DNA from: an uncultured Candidatus Saccharibacteria bacterium
GTDB lineage: Bacteria > Patescibacteriota > Minisyncoccia > Phycocordibacterales > CAIRYW01
Length of the DNA stretch: 64,000 bases
Assembly (NCBI GenBank): GCA_964487135.1
Contig: CAZAOU010000001.1
Location: 8,542 to 72,541, forward strand
Direction of reading: 5' to 3'
The first letter of the stretch is position 1, and each line of letters starts with the position of its first letter. Made by a program: the position numbers and the translations under genes. Below the pieces are notes generated by a model that was not told the origin of the DNA, searched no databases, and worked only from the letters and a program-made list of their open reading frames with translations. Below are positions 19,397-31,525 of the stretch, piece by piece.

Positions 19397-20659
19397 ATGA
19401 AAACACACGACATAAAAAATATTTCTTTAGCAGAAGAAGGTAAAAAAAGAATTGAATGGGCAATTAAAGAAATGCCTGTTTTAAAAACTCTTCGAGAGGA
19501 CTATAGAAAGAAAAAACCTCTGAAAGGCGAAATTCTTTCTGCTTGTCTTCATGTAACTGCAGAAACAGCCCATCTAATGATTGCCCTTAAAGAAGCTGGT
19601 GCGGAGGTTTTTTTGTGTGCATCAAATCCCCTTTCAACTCAAGATGATGTTGCTGCGTCTCTAGTAAAACATTATGGAATTAGCGTTTTTGCAATAAAGG
19701 GTGAGGACACAAAAACATACATGAAGCATGTTGATGAAGTTTTGGATAAAAAACCAACAATTGTAATGGATGACGGAGCCGATCTAGTTTCTGAACTTCA
19801 TAAAAAACGAGTTGCTCAAGCGAAAATTCTTAAAGGAAGCACAGAAGAAACAACCACGGGTGTTATCCGTCTTAAAGCTTTATCTGACAGCGGAAAATTA
19901 CTATTTCCTGTAGTTGCTGTAAATGAATCTAAAACAAAACACATGTTTGATAACCGTTATGGAACAGGCCAGTCTACACTTGATGGAATTATCAGGGCTA
20001 CCAATAAGCTTGTTGCGGGTTCAACTTTTGTTGTTGCGGGTTACGGATGGTGTGGAAAAGGACTTGCTTCAAGAGCAAGAGGGCTCGGTGCGAAAGTAAT
20101 TGTCACAGAAATTGATCCGATCAAAGCCTTGGAAGCGCGTATGGATGGTTTTGAAGTAATGCCAATGTCTAAAGCGGTAACTTCGGCAGATTTTGTTGTA
20201 ACAGTTACAGGCAACAAAGAGGTTGTTTCAGTTGATCATTTTAAAAAAATGAAAGATGGTTGTGTTGTTTCTAATTCCGGACATTTTGATGTTGAAATAG
20301 ACATGAAAGGTTTGAGACAGATTTCTAAAAAAGTATCTCTGGTTAGAAATAATGTAGAAAAATACGAATTACCTTCCGGAAAAAACATTTATGTTGTTGG
20401 AGAAGGGCGTCTGGTCAATTTGGCCGCAGCAGAAGGACACCCGTCAAGTGTTATGGATATGAGCTTTGCAAACCAATCGCTTGCAGCTATTTTCATAAAA
20501 GAAAATCACGGAAAACTTTCTTCAACAGTTTATACTTTGCCTCATAAAATAGATGAAAAAATAGCGAGTGAAAAACTAAAAACATTAGGTATTTCAATCG
20601 ACAAACTTACTCCATCACAAAAAAAATATCTTGGAAGTTGGGAGGAAGGAACAGAATAA
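19397..20659 (+). CDS. ahcY: Adenosylhomocysteinase
   Basis: ACLHVT-ETA, NPLSTQD, DDGADL, EETTTGV, FDNRYGTGQS, GYGWCGKG, GRLVNLAAAEGHPS. Confidence 0.97.
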   Translation: MKTHDIKNISLAEEGKKRIEWAIKEMPVLKTLREDYRKKKPLKGEILSACLHVTAETAHLMIALKEAGAEVFLCASNPLSTQDDVAASLVKHYGISVFAIKGEDTKTYMKHVDEVLDKKPTIVMDDGADLVSELHKKRVAQAKILKGSTEETTTGVIRLKALSDSGKLLFPVVAVNESKTKHMFDNRYGTGQSTLDGIIRATNKLVAGSTFVVAGYGWCGKGLASRARGLGAKVIVTEIDPIKALEARMDGFEVMPMSKAVTSADFVVTVTGNKEVVSVDHFKKMKDGCVVSNSGHFDVEIDMKGLRQISKKVSLVRNNVEKYELPSGKNIYVVGEGRLVNLAAAEGHPSSVMDMSFANQSLAAIFIKENHGKLSSTVYTLPHKIDEKIASEKLKTLGISIDKLTPSQKKYLGSWEEGTE

Positions 20660-20703
20660 ACTAGTGAATAGTTGAAAGTTGATAGTATGTAGCGAAAAAA
20701 CAA

Positions 20704-21636
20704 ATGCAAAAAATAAAAAACAAAATACTTGTTTCTGGTTCTGTTGTTATTGATACTCTCTTTGGAATAAATGGTGATATTAATAAATCAATCTCATTAA
20801 AAGACGGCAAACTTGGTGTCCAAAATTTAATGTTCACCGGCAAAGACAAGAAGGAGTTTTTTGGAGGAAACGCTGGAAATATTTGCTATGGATTGTCTCT
20901 TTTAGGTCAAAAACCAATATTATTTTCAATTGTCGGAAAAGATTTTAAAGATCGTTATGAACAGCATCTAAAAAATCGATGCACCCCTACCCTTTTTACT
21001 GATAAAGAGGGTTACTGTGCAACATTTTATGGTATGACTGATGAAAATGGTCAGCAAATAGGTATATTTCAACCAAACGCCTATTATAAGTATATTAATA
21101 AAATATCACTTTCTAAGGTGATCTCTAAACAAAATTTATCTCAAATTGAATATGCAATATTTTCTCCAGGAACCGGACCTAGTATTTTAAAAAATATAAA
21201 AGAATTAAGAAAAGTAAATAAAAAAGTTTTTATTATTTTAGACCCAGGTCAAACACTCCTTGCAACTTTTAACAAAAAAATATTGTTAGATTGTTTAAAA
21301 CTATCGAACATGATTATCGTTAATGATCACGAACTTTCTCAAATAAGAAAACATTTTGAAATAAATCTCGAAAATATTTTTGAAAGCGGGACAAAATATG
21401 TAATTGAAACAAAGGCCGAGATGGGTAGCGTTTTACACGAAAGTAACAAAAAAACTGAAATTAAAGCTTTAAAAGTAAAAAAACTTTTAGATCCAACGGG
21501 TGCGGGAGACGCTTACCGAGCTGGTCTTATTTCTACCCTATGTCAAGGCCGATCCTTGATTGAGGGAATGAAAATTGGATCCAAAATGGGGGCAAAATGT
21601 GTCCAAAATTTTGGTGGACAGACATATAGAATATAA
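20704..21636 (+). CDS. PfkB-family kinase, likely adenosine/nucleoside kinase
   Basis: GGNAGNI, DPGQ, VNDHE, DPTGAGDAYRAG; directly after ahcY. Confidence 0.85.
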   Translation: MQKIKNKILVSGSVVIDTLFGINGDINKSISLKDGKLGVQNLMFTGKDKKEFFGGNAGNICYGLSLLGQKPILFSIVGKDFKDRYEQHLKNRCTPTLFTDKEGYCATFYGMTDENGQQIGIFQPNAYYKYINKISLSKVISKQNLSQIEYAIFSPGTGPSILKNIKELRKVNKKVFIILDPGQTLLATFNKKILLDCLKLSNMIIVNDHELSQIRKHFEINLENIFESGTKYVIETKAEMGSVLHESNKKTEIKALKVKKLLDPTGAGDAYRAGLISTLCQGRSLIEGMKIGSKMGAKCVQNFGGQTYRI

Positions 21637-21677
21637 TTTTTTGACAAATTAACAAAACTGTGTGAAAATTTAGATCT

Positions 21678-21902
21678 ATGGTTCATTTCACCGATCAACT
21701 CCCCTCCGGTATTCCCCTTACCGGCAACAGCAAAGTCATTCCTCGCTCCACTGCTCCCGGATATTTCCGTGGACTTGGTGCTGGAGGTCTTCCGGAAAAC
21801 CCTACGCCACTTGACAAAAGAGCTGTCAGGAGTGGCGACTACATTTGCATTGCCTCAGACTGCGGTGGTAATGCCGGAATGGAAGTTTTCCAAGTAGTCT
21901 GA
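21678..21902 (+). CDS. Small hypothetical protein (GC-richer orphan)
   Basis: 74 aa; TTGACA at about 21641; downstream hairpin with T-run. Confidence 0.45.
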   Translation: MVHFTDQLPSGIPLTGNSKVIPRSTAPGYFRGLGAGGLPENPTPLDKRAVRSGDYICIASDCGGNAGMEVFQVV

Positions 21903-21974
21903 GACGACGCGGGGTCATTAGATGGTTGTCAAGCTTCTGCTTTCTAAATACTGAGAGTGGAGCTATTTTTTTAC

Positions 21975-22460
21975 CTAAATCTGATTATCGTCAAAAACAC
22001 TAAGCATTTGAAGAAGTGCAAGAGTGGCCTCTACACCCTTATTTGCATTTCCACTTGAACGAGCCTCGGCTTGCTCTAAGTCATTAACTGTTATTATTCC
22101 AAATCCGATAGGTATACCTGTTTCAAGCATTACATTCATAATTCCTCGCGAAGCTTCACCTGCAACATAAAAATAATGATCTGTATCACCTTTTATAACA
22201 CAACCTATCGCAATAATACCGTCATATTTTTTTGATTTTGCTAGTCTAAGTGAGGCCAGTGGTATTTCAAAAGAACCTGGAACAACAACAGTTGTTATAT
22301 CATTGTCGGTAGCACCAAATCTCTTCAGTGTTTCTATGGCACCGTCTTTCATTTTGAAAGTTATATCGTAATTAAAAGCAGAAACTGCAACAGCAAACTT
22401 TTTGCCTTTCACATTAAAATTAAAATCATCTGTATTATTGTTTGGTATGTCCCTTTGCAT
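21975..22460 (-). CDS. ribH: 6,7-dimethyl-8-ribityllumazine synthase
   Basis: VPGSFEIP, IAIGCVIKGDTDH, PIGFGIIT, NKG-EA. Confidence 0.95.
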   Translation of the reverse strand: MQRDIPNNNTDDFNFNVKGKKFAVAVSAFNYDITFKMKDGAIETLKRFGATDNDITTVVVPGSFEIPLASLRLAKSKKYDGIIAIGCVIKGDTDHYFYVAGEASRGIMNVMLETGIPIGFGIITVNDLEQAEARSSGNANKGVEATLALLQMLSVFDDNQI

Positions 22461-23022
22461 TTGAATATTTAGTGAGAATATCTGTCTCAATATTTATAAT
22501 ATCACCTACTTTTAAAACCCCTAAATTTGTTTCTTTGAGAGTATGAGGAATAAGAGATACTTCAAAAGTCGCCCTGTTTTTTGAAGAAATAGTTAAAGAT
22601 ACTCCATTTATCGCAACACTACCCTTATAAACAACATAAGACATAAATTCTTTTGGAATTGAAACTTCAAAAACCTTTGATTCTCCTTCAGCTCTTATTT
22701 TTTTTATAATTCCTGTGCAATCAACATGACCCATCACAAAGTGTCCCGAATTTTTTTCTCCCATCCTTAAACTTTCTTCAAAATTTAAAAAGTCTCCGGC
22801 TTTAATTAAATTGGCACGAGTTTTAGAAAGGGTTTCTTTCATGTAATAAACCTCTAAATATTTTTTATAAGAGATAACAGTCGAGCATACTCCATCCAAA
22901 GACACACTCTCACCCTTTTTTAGAGATATTTTCTTTGGTTTCTCTAAAAAAATATTTAAATAATCTTTGTTTTTGTCTACTTTAGAAACTTTAATCTGTC
23001 TTGAAATAATTCCACTAAACAT
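22435..23022 (-). CDS. ribE: Riboflavin synthase
   Basis: MFSGII, GESVSLDGVCSTV, GHFVMGHVD, KGSVAINGVSLT, INIETD. Confidence 0.95.
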   Translation of the reverse strand: MFSGIISRQIKVSKVDKNKDYLNIFLEKPKKISLKKGESVSLDGVCSTVISYKKYLEVYYMKETLSKTRANLIKAGDFLNFEESLRMGEKNSGHFVMGHVDCTGIIKKIRAEGESKVFEVSIPKEFMSYVVYKGSVAINGVSLTISSKNRATFEVSLIPHTLKETNLGVLKVGDIINIETDILTKYSNAKGHTKQ

Positions 23023-23380
23023 TGACGCGAACTGAGAAGTGTCTAATAACATTTTTTACATCATTTTCAATAAGTTCCATAATTTCTTCGTCAGTTAGGT
23101 TATCTTTTTCTTCTCTAAGTTTTTTATCTATCACCACCATAATACTTTCTCCATAAAAATCTTCCCCGGCATAACCCACTAAGTGAGCCTCAATCATTTT
23201 TGGATTTTTTTTACCAACATAAAGAGCTGCCAGAAATTCTCCTTTCGGCATTTTGACCTTGCCTGCATAAATACCAGACTCGAGTTCCTCTTCAACATCT
23301 ATGTTAGCCGTTGGAAATCCATATGTAGTACCTATTCTTTGTCCTTTTTTAACTTCTCCTTCTATTACTTTATTTTGCAT
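23015..23380 (-). CDS. Stand-alone riboflavin kinase (RibF C-terminal domain)
   Basis: G-RIG--YGFPTAN, GIYAG, IEAHL, FYGE, KLREE. Confidence 0.88.
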   Translation of the reverse strand: MQNKVIEGEVKKGQRIGTTYGFPTANIDVEEELESGIYAGKVKMPKGEFLAALYVGKKNPKMIEAHLVGYAGEDFYGESIMVVIDKKLREEKDNLTDEEIMELIENDVKNVIRHFSVRVNV

Positions 23381-23881
23381 TATTTTTATTTTTTGATTTT
23401 GATGTTTTTAATTTTTCTATATCTTTCAATAGTTCTCCCAAATTATGTTGAATGTTTTTTAGTAGTTCAGTGTGTTCGTCATCTCTTTGGACCTCTTCTA
23501 CTTCTCCTTTTTCAATAACATCCACATCTTCCTGAATTTCGTCTATGTCTTCTTGAATTTCATCCACATCTTCCTGAATTTCGTCTATGTCTTCTTGAAT
23601 TTCATCCAGATCTTTCCCAACTTCTTTAAGTTCCTCAGTATTTTTGTTAACCGTAAACTGTATTAATATGGCCAAATATATAGCTTCCAGAGAAACAGCG
23701 GTTGTGAGAATCAAAAGCATTGTTTGAAGAGAAACACCCAAAATCACAAGCACAAAAGATCCTATAAATAGTATGGTGTGTATCACTAAAGATGTTATCG
23801 AACCCACAGATTTGGTTATTTTAAGGGCTATATCCTCAGCACCTTTTTATTTTTATAGAAATGTGGAATGTTTTTATCCAT
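23370..23881 (-). CDS. DUF1003-like membrane protein with acidic heptad coiled coil; apparent frameshift near 23846
   Basis: LTTAVSLEAIYLAILIQFTVN motif; the upstream ATG at 23881 joins the main frame if one A is added to the A5 run. Confidence 0.6.
23519..23608. repeat. Two perfect 42-bp tandem repeats plus a partial third
   Basis: CATCCACATCTTCCTGAATTTCGTCTATGTCTTCTTGAATTT at 23519 and 23561; encodes EIQEDIDEIQEDVD. Confidence 0.9.
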
Positions 23882-23981
23882 AACAATTAATGAACAATAA
23901 GTTTCGACATTTTAATCCATAAAAAAACAAAAAGCTAATTTTGGTTGCGGATAAGTCTTTTTTTTCATATACTCTGCCTTA

Positions 23982-24221
23982 GTGAAAGAAGAAAATAACA
24001 ATAAAGAAAAAGGTGTATTGTCTCGAAACGAGCTGATAGCTTTTGCCTTTGATGTTGGTTATTCGATAATTGTGCCTTTAGTGTTGCTTGGACTCGGAGG
24101 AAGGCTGTTGGATAAAAAATTAGAAACCTCACCTTGGTTTTTTATAGGAGGAATACTTTTTTCACTAGTTATAACATCAATATCAATATATAAAAAAGTT
24201 AAAAAGATAGCAGAATTCTAA
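23982..24221 (+). CDS. AtpZ/AtpI family protein
   Basis: Two TM segments with G--LDKKLETSPWF; first gene of the atp operon. Confidence 0.8.
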   Translation: MKEENNNKEKGVLSRNELIAFAFDVGYSIIVPLVLLGLGGRLLDKKLETSPWFFIGGILFSLVITSISIYKKVKKIAEF

Positions 24222-24228
24222 AAGTAGT

Positions 24229-24978
24229 ATGACAATATCAATAAAACCTGAACCACTTTTTCATATTGGATCCTTAGATGTAACAAATACATTATTTACA
24301 TCTTGGATTGTTGTTTTGGGCATAGTCTTAATTTCAGTATTTTGTTACAAAAAACTTCAAGGAAAAACTTCTAAGGGAAAAATTTTCATTGAAACGATCT
24401 TTGAGCAATTCATGGGTTTTATGCAAACTTTTGCAGGAAGTAGAGAAAAAGTTATTACCTTTTTACCCTTAGTTGCGACGGTGTTTTTTTATATTTTAAT
24501 TGCAAATTGGTTTGGAACTTTTCCAGGTGTTGAAAGTATTGGCTTACATACAGAACATGAAGGAAAAGAGGTTTTTTTACCCCTTCTTAGAACAGTCAAT
24601 TCTGATATTAACATGACCCTCGCGATCGCGTTTTTGGTGGTCATAACCTCACACATTGTTGGATTTAGCTCAATTGGAGCAAAACATCATATCGGAAAAT
24701 TTATTGTAAATCCCCTAAAAAAACCAATAGGTTTTTTTGTTGGTATTTTGGAACTCATAGGAGAAGTATCAAGGGTTATATCTCTCACTTTCCGACTTTT
24801 TGGAAACATATTCGCAGGAAGTGTTTTGATGCTGATAATCTCTTCACTTGTATCATTTATTATTCCTATTCCATTTCTTGCAATGGAACTGTTTGTTGGT
24901 TTTATTCAGGCCCTTGTTTTCGCCACCCTAACAATGATGTTTATGACGAGTGCTACAGCACTGCACGAAGAGGACTAG
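24229..24978 (+). CDS. atpB: ATP synthase Fo subunit a
   Basis: ISLTFRLFGNIFAG, ELFVGFIQALVF. Confidence 0.96.
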   Translation: MTISIKPEPLFHIGSLDVTNTLFTSWIVVLGIVLISVFCYKKLQGKTSKGKIFIETIFEQFMGFMQTFAGSREKVITFLPLVATVFFYILIANWFGTFPGVESIGLHTEHEGKEVFLPLLRTVNSDINMTLAIAFLVVITSHIVGFSSIGAKHHIGKFIVNPLKKPIGFFVGILELIGEVSRVISLTFRLFGNIFAGSVLMLIISSLVSFIIPIPFLAMELFVGFIQALVFATLTMMFMTSATALHEED

Positions 24979-25005
24979 CCGATTTTGCCTGCAGGCAAAA
25001 TCGGC
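24978..25005. repeat. Perfect 28-bp palindrome in the atpB-atpE spacer
   Basis: GCCGATTTTGCCTG|CAGGCAAAATCGGC. Confidence 0.9.
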
Positions 25006-25120
25006 ACTATCCTCAAAAGCAAGCTCTCTGGAGCGTCCCCTTGAAAAAGAGCTCGAAACTCTATATAATTCCTCCGCTTGAGACACGTGTCTCTTTTTGT
25101 TTGATTATAAGAATTATTAA

Positions 25121-25360
<240 letters not shown>

Positions 25361-25379
25361 AGTAGTTTAGAAAAGATAC

Positions 25380-25898
25380 ATGGAGTCTCTACTTCACACA
25401 TTTGGAATAGAATGGAAAATGCTTATTGCCCAGCTTGTAAACTTCGGCATTCTATTTTTTGTTCTTACCAAATTGGTTTACAAACCTCTTCTAAAAAACT
25501 TAGCTGAAAAAGAAAAATCCGCTAAAGAATCAGAAGAAAAAACATCTTCTATAGAAAATCTTTTAAAAGAAACTGAAGAAAAGCAGAAGCAAGTAATTGC
25601 CGAAGCTCGCCTCCATGGGGAAAAAATAATAAAAGATGCTGAATCCAATGCCCAATTATTAAAAAACACGATAGTTGAAGATGCTAAGAAAGAGGCCTCA
25701 AAGATAATTGAGATTGGAGAAAAAAATATAAAAGAAGATCAGGAAAGGTTTAGAAAAGAGTTTAAATCAGAAGCTTTAAACCTTATCGCTGAAGCTCTTG
25801 AAAAAACAGTCGGAAAGCACATGAACGAAGCCTCAAAAAATTCTATTAAGGAAGAATCTCTTAAAGAAATTCTTAAAGCTAAAGAACTTGTTTCTTAA
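25380..25898 (+). CDS. atpF: ATP synthase Fo subunit b
   Basis: AQLVNFGILFFVL-KLVYKPL followed by coiled coil; operon position. Confidence 0.93.
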   Translation: MESLLHTFGIEWKMLIAQLVNFGILFFVLTKLVYKPLLKNLAEKEKSAKESEEKTSSIENLLKETEEKQKQVIAEARLHGEKIIKDAESNAQLLKNTIVEDAKKEASKIIEIGEKNIKEDQERFRKEFKSEALNLIAEALEKTVGKHMNEASKNSIKEESLKEILKAKELVS

Positions 25899-25900
25899 AA

Positions 25901-26266
25901 ATGAAACTAACACCTAAAAAACTTGGAACTTTTCTTGCGCGTAAGCTTGCGCATGCTCACAAGGACACCGTTCAGAGTTTTTTAAAAGATTTTGTAGAAA
26001 TTTTAAGATCCAAGAGACTTCTCTCAAAAAAAAGTGAGATAATTCGTTTTTTTACTAAAGAATGGAATACAATTCACAATACAGTTGATGTAGAAATTCT
26101 TACAGCAAGTCACAAAGAAGCTCCCCATATAGAGAGTGTGGGCAAAAAGAAAGCCGAAGTAATTATTAAAGAAGATGCAAAACTTATCGCAGGTTCAAAA
26201 ATTACTGTTGGAGATTATCTTTTTGACACATCGTTGCAATCAAAAATTTCAAATTTAAAAAAATAA
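25901..26266 (+). CDS. atpH: ATP synthase F1 subunit delta (short)
   Basis: [23 protein letters not shown]-like C-terminus; operon position. Confidence 0.85.
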   Translation: MKLTPKKLGTFLARKLAHAHKDTVQSFLKDFVEILRSKRLLSKKSEIIRFFTKEWNTIHNTVDVEILTASHKEAPHIESVGKKKAEVIIKEDAKLIAGSKITVGDYLFDTSLQSKISNLKK

Positions 26267-26300
26267 TCAATTTATTAGCCATCTTATTAACGCCAAAGAT

Positions 26301-27830
26301 ATGAATAAAGGAAGCATTATTGAAGAACTCAAAAAAGAAATACAAGGTATCAACACCGATACAAAAGTTGAACACGTAGGAGTCGTAACAAGAATCTCCG
26401 ACGGAGTAGCCCTTGTTTCAGGAATTTCCAAAACAGAATACTCTGAAATGCTTCAGTTTGAAGACACTTTAGGCAAAAAAGTGCTTGGCGTTGCACTTAA
26501 CCTCGAGGAAGATGGCGTTGGGGCGATAATTCTTGGTGATTCAGATAAAATTTCTGAAGGCTGTAAAGTAACAACAACAGGTCAAATTCTTTCTATAGCG
26601 GTAGGTGATGAACTTATTGGAAAAGTTCTTGGAGGCTTGGGTGCACCTAAAGACGGTAGCGCTCCGCTTGATCCTAAAAAATCTTCCTACTACCCTCTTG
26701 AAAAAATTGCTCCAGGAGTTATCACAAGACAAGGAGTCGGTGTTCCACTACATACAGGAATAAAAGCAATTGATGCGATGATTCCGATTGGTCGTGGACA
26801 GCGACAACTCATCATTGGAGACCGTCAAACAGGAAAAACCGCTATTGCTATTGACGCAATTATTCATCAGAAAAATGAAAAGAAATTTGGAACTCCAATT
26901 TGTATTTATGTTGCAATCGGCCAAAAAGAATCAAAAATCGCTCAAATTGTAGAAAGACTCAAAAAAAGCGGCGCGATGGAATACACAATTGTTGTTTCCG
27001 CATCAGCTTCCGACCCCGCTTCTCTTCAATATTTGGCGCCGTTTACAGGATGCGCTATCGGCGAATATTTTATGGACAAAGGAAAAGATGTCTTGATTGT
27101 CTATGATGATCTTTCAAAACATGCTTGGGCATACAGGCAAATTTCTTTGCTTTTGAGAAGACCACCAGGCCGTGAAGCTTATCCTGGAGACGTATTTTAT
27201 CTTCACTCAAGGCTCTTAGAGCGAGCAGGAAGACTAAATAAAGACTACGGGGGAGGATCAATCACCGCTCTTCCATTCATTGAAACTCAACTTAACGATA
27301 TTTCTGCATATATCCCAACAAACGTTATCTCAATTACAGACGGACAAATTTTCTTGGAACCAGAACTTTTCTACAAAGGAATTCGTCCTGCGGTAAACGT
27401 TGGGCTTTCTGTTTCTCGAGTAGGATCTGCCGCTCAAACAAAAGCTATGAAAAAAGTTGCAGGAAGAATGCGACTCGATCTTGCTCAGTTTAGAAGTCTT
27501 GAAGCATTTGCGCAGTTTGGTTCAGATTTGGATCCTGCAACAAAAATGCAAATCGAAAGAGGAAGAAGGCTTACAGAAATTTTGAAACAACCTCAATATG
27601 CAGGAGCACCTTTTGAAGAACAGGTTGCAATTATTTTCGCAGCTGGAGCCGGACTTCTTGATGGTATAGAAGTTTCAAAAATAAAAGATTATGAAGCAAA
27701 ATCTATTGATTTCTTGAAGAAAAATCACCCAAAAACAATTGGTGCGATTGCAGAATCTGGAGAATTAAAAGACGAAACAATTGAAGAATTAAAGAAAGCT
27801 TTTGCTGAATTTAATGAAATTTACAAATAA
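26301..27830 (+). CDS. atpA: ATP synthase F1 subunit alpha
   Basis: [29 protein letters not shown]. Confidence 0.98.
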   Translation: MNKGSIIEELKKEIQGINTDTKVEHVGVVTRISDGVALVSGISKTEYSEMLQFEDTLGKKVLGVALNLEEDGVGAIILGDSDKISEGCKVTTTGQILSIAVGDELIGKVLGGLGAPKDGSAPLDPKKSSYYPLEKIAPGVITRQGVGVPLHTGIKAIDAMIPIGRGQRQLIIGDRQTGKTAIAIDAIIHQKNEKKFGTPICIYVAIGQKESKIAQIVERLKKSGAMEYTIVVSASASDPASLQYLAPFTGCAIGEYFMDKGKDVLIVYDDLSKHAWAYRQISLLLRRPPGREAYPGDVFYLHSRLLERAGRLNKDYGGGSITALPFIETQLNDISAYIPTNVISITDGQIFLEPELFYKGIRPAVNVGLSVSRVGSAAQTKAMKKVAGRMRLDLAQFRSLEAFAQFGSDLDPATKMQIERGRRLTEILKQPQYAGAPFEEQVAIIFAAGAGLLDGIEVSKIKDYEAKSIDFLKKNHPKTIGAIAESGELKDETIEELKKAFAEFNEIYK

Positions 27831-27832
27831 AA

Positions 27833-28765
27833 ATGGCTTCAGGTAGAGCAATTAAAAACAGAATAAAATCAACAAAAAGCATCCAGCAAATTACAAAAGC
27901 GATGGAAGCTGTTTCTGCTGTGAAAATGCGAAAGAGCGAACAAGCGGCACTTAAAGGTAGACCCTTTGCTCTTTATGCTTTAGATATATTGCGAAAAATT
28001 GAGAAAAATATTTCTGGAGAATCTGTAAGAAATGTTTCAGCACTTTTACGACAAGACAAAGTAAATAAGTTGGCACTGGTGGTTATTTCTTCTGACAAAG
28101 GGTTGGCGGGTGCTTTTAACTCAAATGTTTTAAGAAAAGCTGATGAGTTAATAAAAAATAGTAGTTACGAGATAGATATTGTGGCTGTTGGAAAAAGAGC
28201 CAAAGAATATTTTGAAAGAAAAGGAAAGAAAATAATAAAATCTTACGAAGGAATTGGAGATATTGTCTCTCAAAATGAAGCAAAACACATATCAGAAGAT
28301 ATTATTTCCCTATTTTGTGACAAAGATTATGACGCCGTAGATGTTGTTTATACAAATTTCGTGTCGGCACTTAAACAAGAAGTTATTCATCGCCCACTAC
28401 TTCCACTTACTTCAAAAAATATAGAGGAGGTAATAAAAAATATAATTCCAGAAACTGGAAAATTTTCAGATATTAAAGAAAATTTAAATGAAGTAAACGC
28501 TGAATACAAATTTGAACCGAATCCAGAAATCGCCGTAAAAGAATTGATCCCCCTTCTCGTCGAAATTGAGGTATTTCATAGTATTTTGGAAGCAAACGCT
28601 TCGGAACACGCAGCTCGAATGGTTGCGATGCGAAACGCTTCCGATAATGCAAAAGAAGTTATTGTTGATCTTACGATTTACTATAACAAAACTCGACAAG
28701 CTCAAATTACAAAAGAGCTTATCGAGATTACAAGTGGAAAAGAAGCATTAGAAGCCCAAGGATAA
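27833..28765 (+). CDS. atpG: ATP synthase F1 subunit gamma
   Basis: QITKAMEAV, SDKGLAGAFN, SEHAARMVAM, RQAQITKEL. Confidence 0.97.
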   Translation: MASGRAIKNRIKSTKSIQQITKAMEAVSAVKMRKSEQAALKGRPFALYALDILRKIEKNISGESVRNVSALLRQDKVNKLALVVISSDKGLAGAFNSNVLRKADELIKNSSYEIDIVAVGKRAKEYFERKGKKIIKSYEGIGDIVSQNEAKHISEDIISLFCDKDYDAVDVVYTNFVSALKQEVIHRPLLPLTSKNIEEVIKNIIPETGKFSDIKENLNEVNAEYKFEPNPEIAVKELIPLLVEIEVFHSILEANASEHAARMVAMRNASDNAKEVIVDLTIYYNKTRQAQITKELIEITSGKEALEAQG

Positions 28766-28786
28766 TAATTACAAGAAATTTATTAA

Positions 28787-30157
<1,371 letters not shown>

Positions 30158-30159
30158 AT

Positions 30160-30246
30160 GATACCAATATACTAATGAATACTAATTATACAAATTTAAC
30201 ACCGGAATTCATTAGTATTATTAGTAAGATTCGTATATTAGCATCG
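30160..30246. repeat. Imperfect inverted repeat built of TACTAAT/ATTAGTA units between atpD and atpC
   Basis: TACTAATGAATACTAAT...ATTCATTAGTATTATTAGTA. Confidence 0.6.
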
Positions 30247-30254
30247 TGTCATAT

Positions 30255-30476
30255 ATGAGAATACAAATACTTTCATTAGACGGAATACTTTACGAAGGCG
30301 ATGTATCGCAAGCATCTTTGCCCACAAAGGACGGTGAAATTACTGTGCTTAAAAATCATATTCCACTGATAACCTTGCTAAAAAAGGGTGAAATAAAAAC
30401 TTCTGATAAAAATATTACTATCGAAGGTGGTTTCGCAGAAATAACTGGAGAAAAAGTTGTAGTACTCGTCAATTAA
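30255..30476 (+). CDS. atpC: ATP synthase F1 subunit epsilon (beta-sandwich domain only)
   Basis: PTKDGEITVLKNHIPLIT, IEGGFAEI; no C-terminal helices. Confidence 0.9.
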   Translation: MRIQILSLDGILYEGDVSQASLPTKDGEITVLKNHIPLITLLKKGEIKTSDKNITIEGGFAEITGEKVVVLVN

Positions 30477-30481
30477 ATTTG

Positions 30482-30801
30482 TTACATCAACACTGAACCG
30501 ATAGTAAAAAATAAAATTACTATAACAAAAATTATTATAAATATTCTTGTTATAAATTTTTTTAAAGGTATATTTAAACCAGCTCTAATAATAATCGCTA
30601 GTATACCCGTATTCACTATTGATGAAACTATAGAAAGAAAAAATAAATCACTATCACCAAAATACAAAGAGTAAGGTAATGAGGCAATTACAATCATCCC
30701 CCCTCCAAATCCTCTCGGATCAATATTAAAAAAACAATAGTTGTATAAATATAAAGAGGAAACAATCCTATAAGAGGTGCAAAAAAATATCTTCTATTCA
30801 T
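30482..30801 (-). CDS. Small membrane protein, probably frameshifted in a T7 run (30728-30734)
   Basis: Hydrophobic ORF 30482-30697; upstream ATG at 30801 gives a hydrophobic N-terminus in another frame. Confidence 0.4.
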
Positions 30802-30824
30802 CCTCTAATCATATAATATTAGTA

Positions 30825-31517
30825 TTACCTTATCAATGTTCCCTCAAAACTCTCACCTTCTATACATCTTTTAAGCTCAGTAACATTTTTTCCATTCATT
30901 ATTGCAACTTCAATTTTTTGTTTTTCTGCTTCCCTACTAGCAATGGGGTCAAATGGTGATGAGAGGCCCGGATCCCATTTTTTGGGAATTATTTTTCTAA
31001 ATTCTTTCCAGTTTATTTTTTCTATCTTTTTTGCATCAGTATTTGTTCGTGGATCTTTGTCATATACATAATCAATATTTGAAAGATTTATCATTTTTTT
31101 TGCACCAAATCTTTTAGCGAGAAGCACCGCATCATAATCTGTGCTCCACCCTGGTTTCCAACCGGCTGCAACAAGCACTCGTTTTTTAAAAGAAATTTTC
31201 TCGTAAGGATCTTTTACAATAACCTCTTCAGCATGCGGAACTAAAAGGGTTTTTACCAAATGGGCGTTAAGCCTAGTTGCATGAATTCCAATCCAATCAA
31301 TGTCACTTGATCGCAGTTTTGTAACAGCCGAAGCAGACTCTTGATATCGTCTAGCAGTTTTTCCACCTCCACATATAACAATAAATCGCTTTCCTTTGGC
31401 AACTTCTTTTTTTATTAACTCGGTAAATTTTTTAAGAAAATCAGTGTCAATTTGATCTGGAACTATAAGAGATCCTCCAACAGAAATTACTATCGGTGCC
31501 TGTTTAGTGTTTTTCAT
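30825..31517 (-). CDS. pyrH: UMP kinase (archaeal-type)
   Basis: ISVGGS, CGGGKTARRYQ, DWIGIHATRLNA, PGWSTDYDA, YVYDKDP. Confidence 0.92.
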   Translation of the reverse strand: MKNTKQAPIVISVGGSLIVPDQIDTDFLKKFTELIKKEVAKGKRFIVICGGGKTARRYQESASAVTKLRSSDIDWIGIHATRLNAHLVKTLLVPHAEEVIVKDPYEKISFKKRVLVAAGWKPGWSTDYDAVLLAKRFGAKKMINLSNIDYVYDKDPRTNTDAKKIEKINWKEFRKIIPKKWDPGLSSPFDPIASREAEKQKIEVAIMNGKNVTELKRCIEGESFEGTLIR

Positions 31518-31525
31518 TTATACCC

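Noticed and set aside
23519-23608. Direct repeats as a CRISPR array
   Set aside because: Tandem with no spacers, and in-frame within a coding region
23808-23981. FMN riboswitch upstream of the rib genes
   Set aside because: No RFN-element motifs; the region is explained by a frameshifted 5' gene end and divergent promoters
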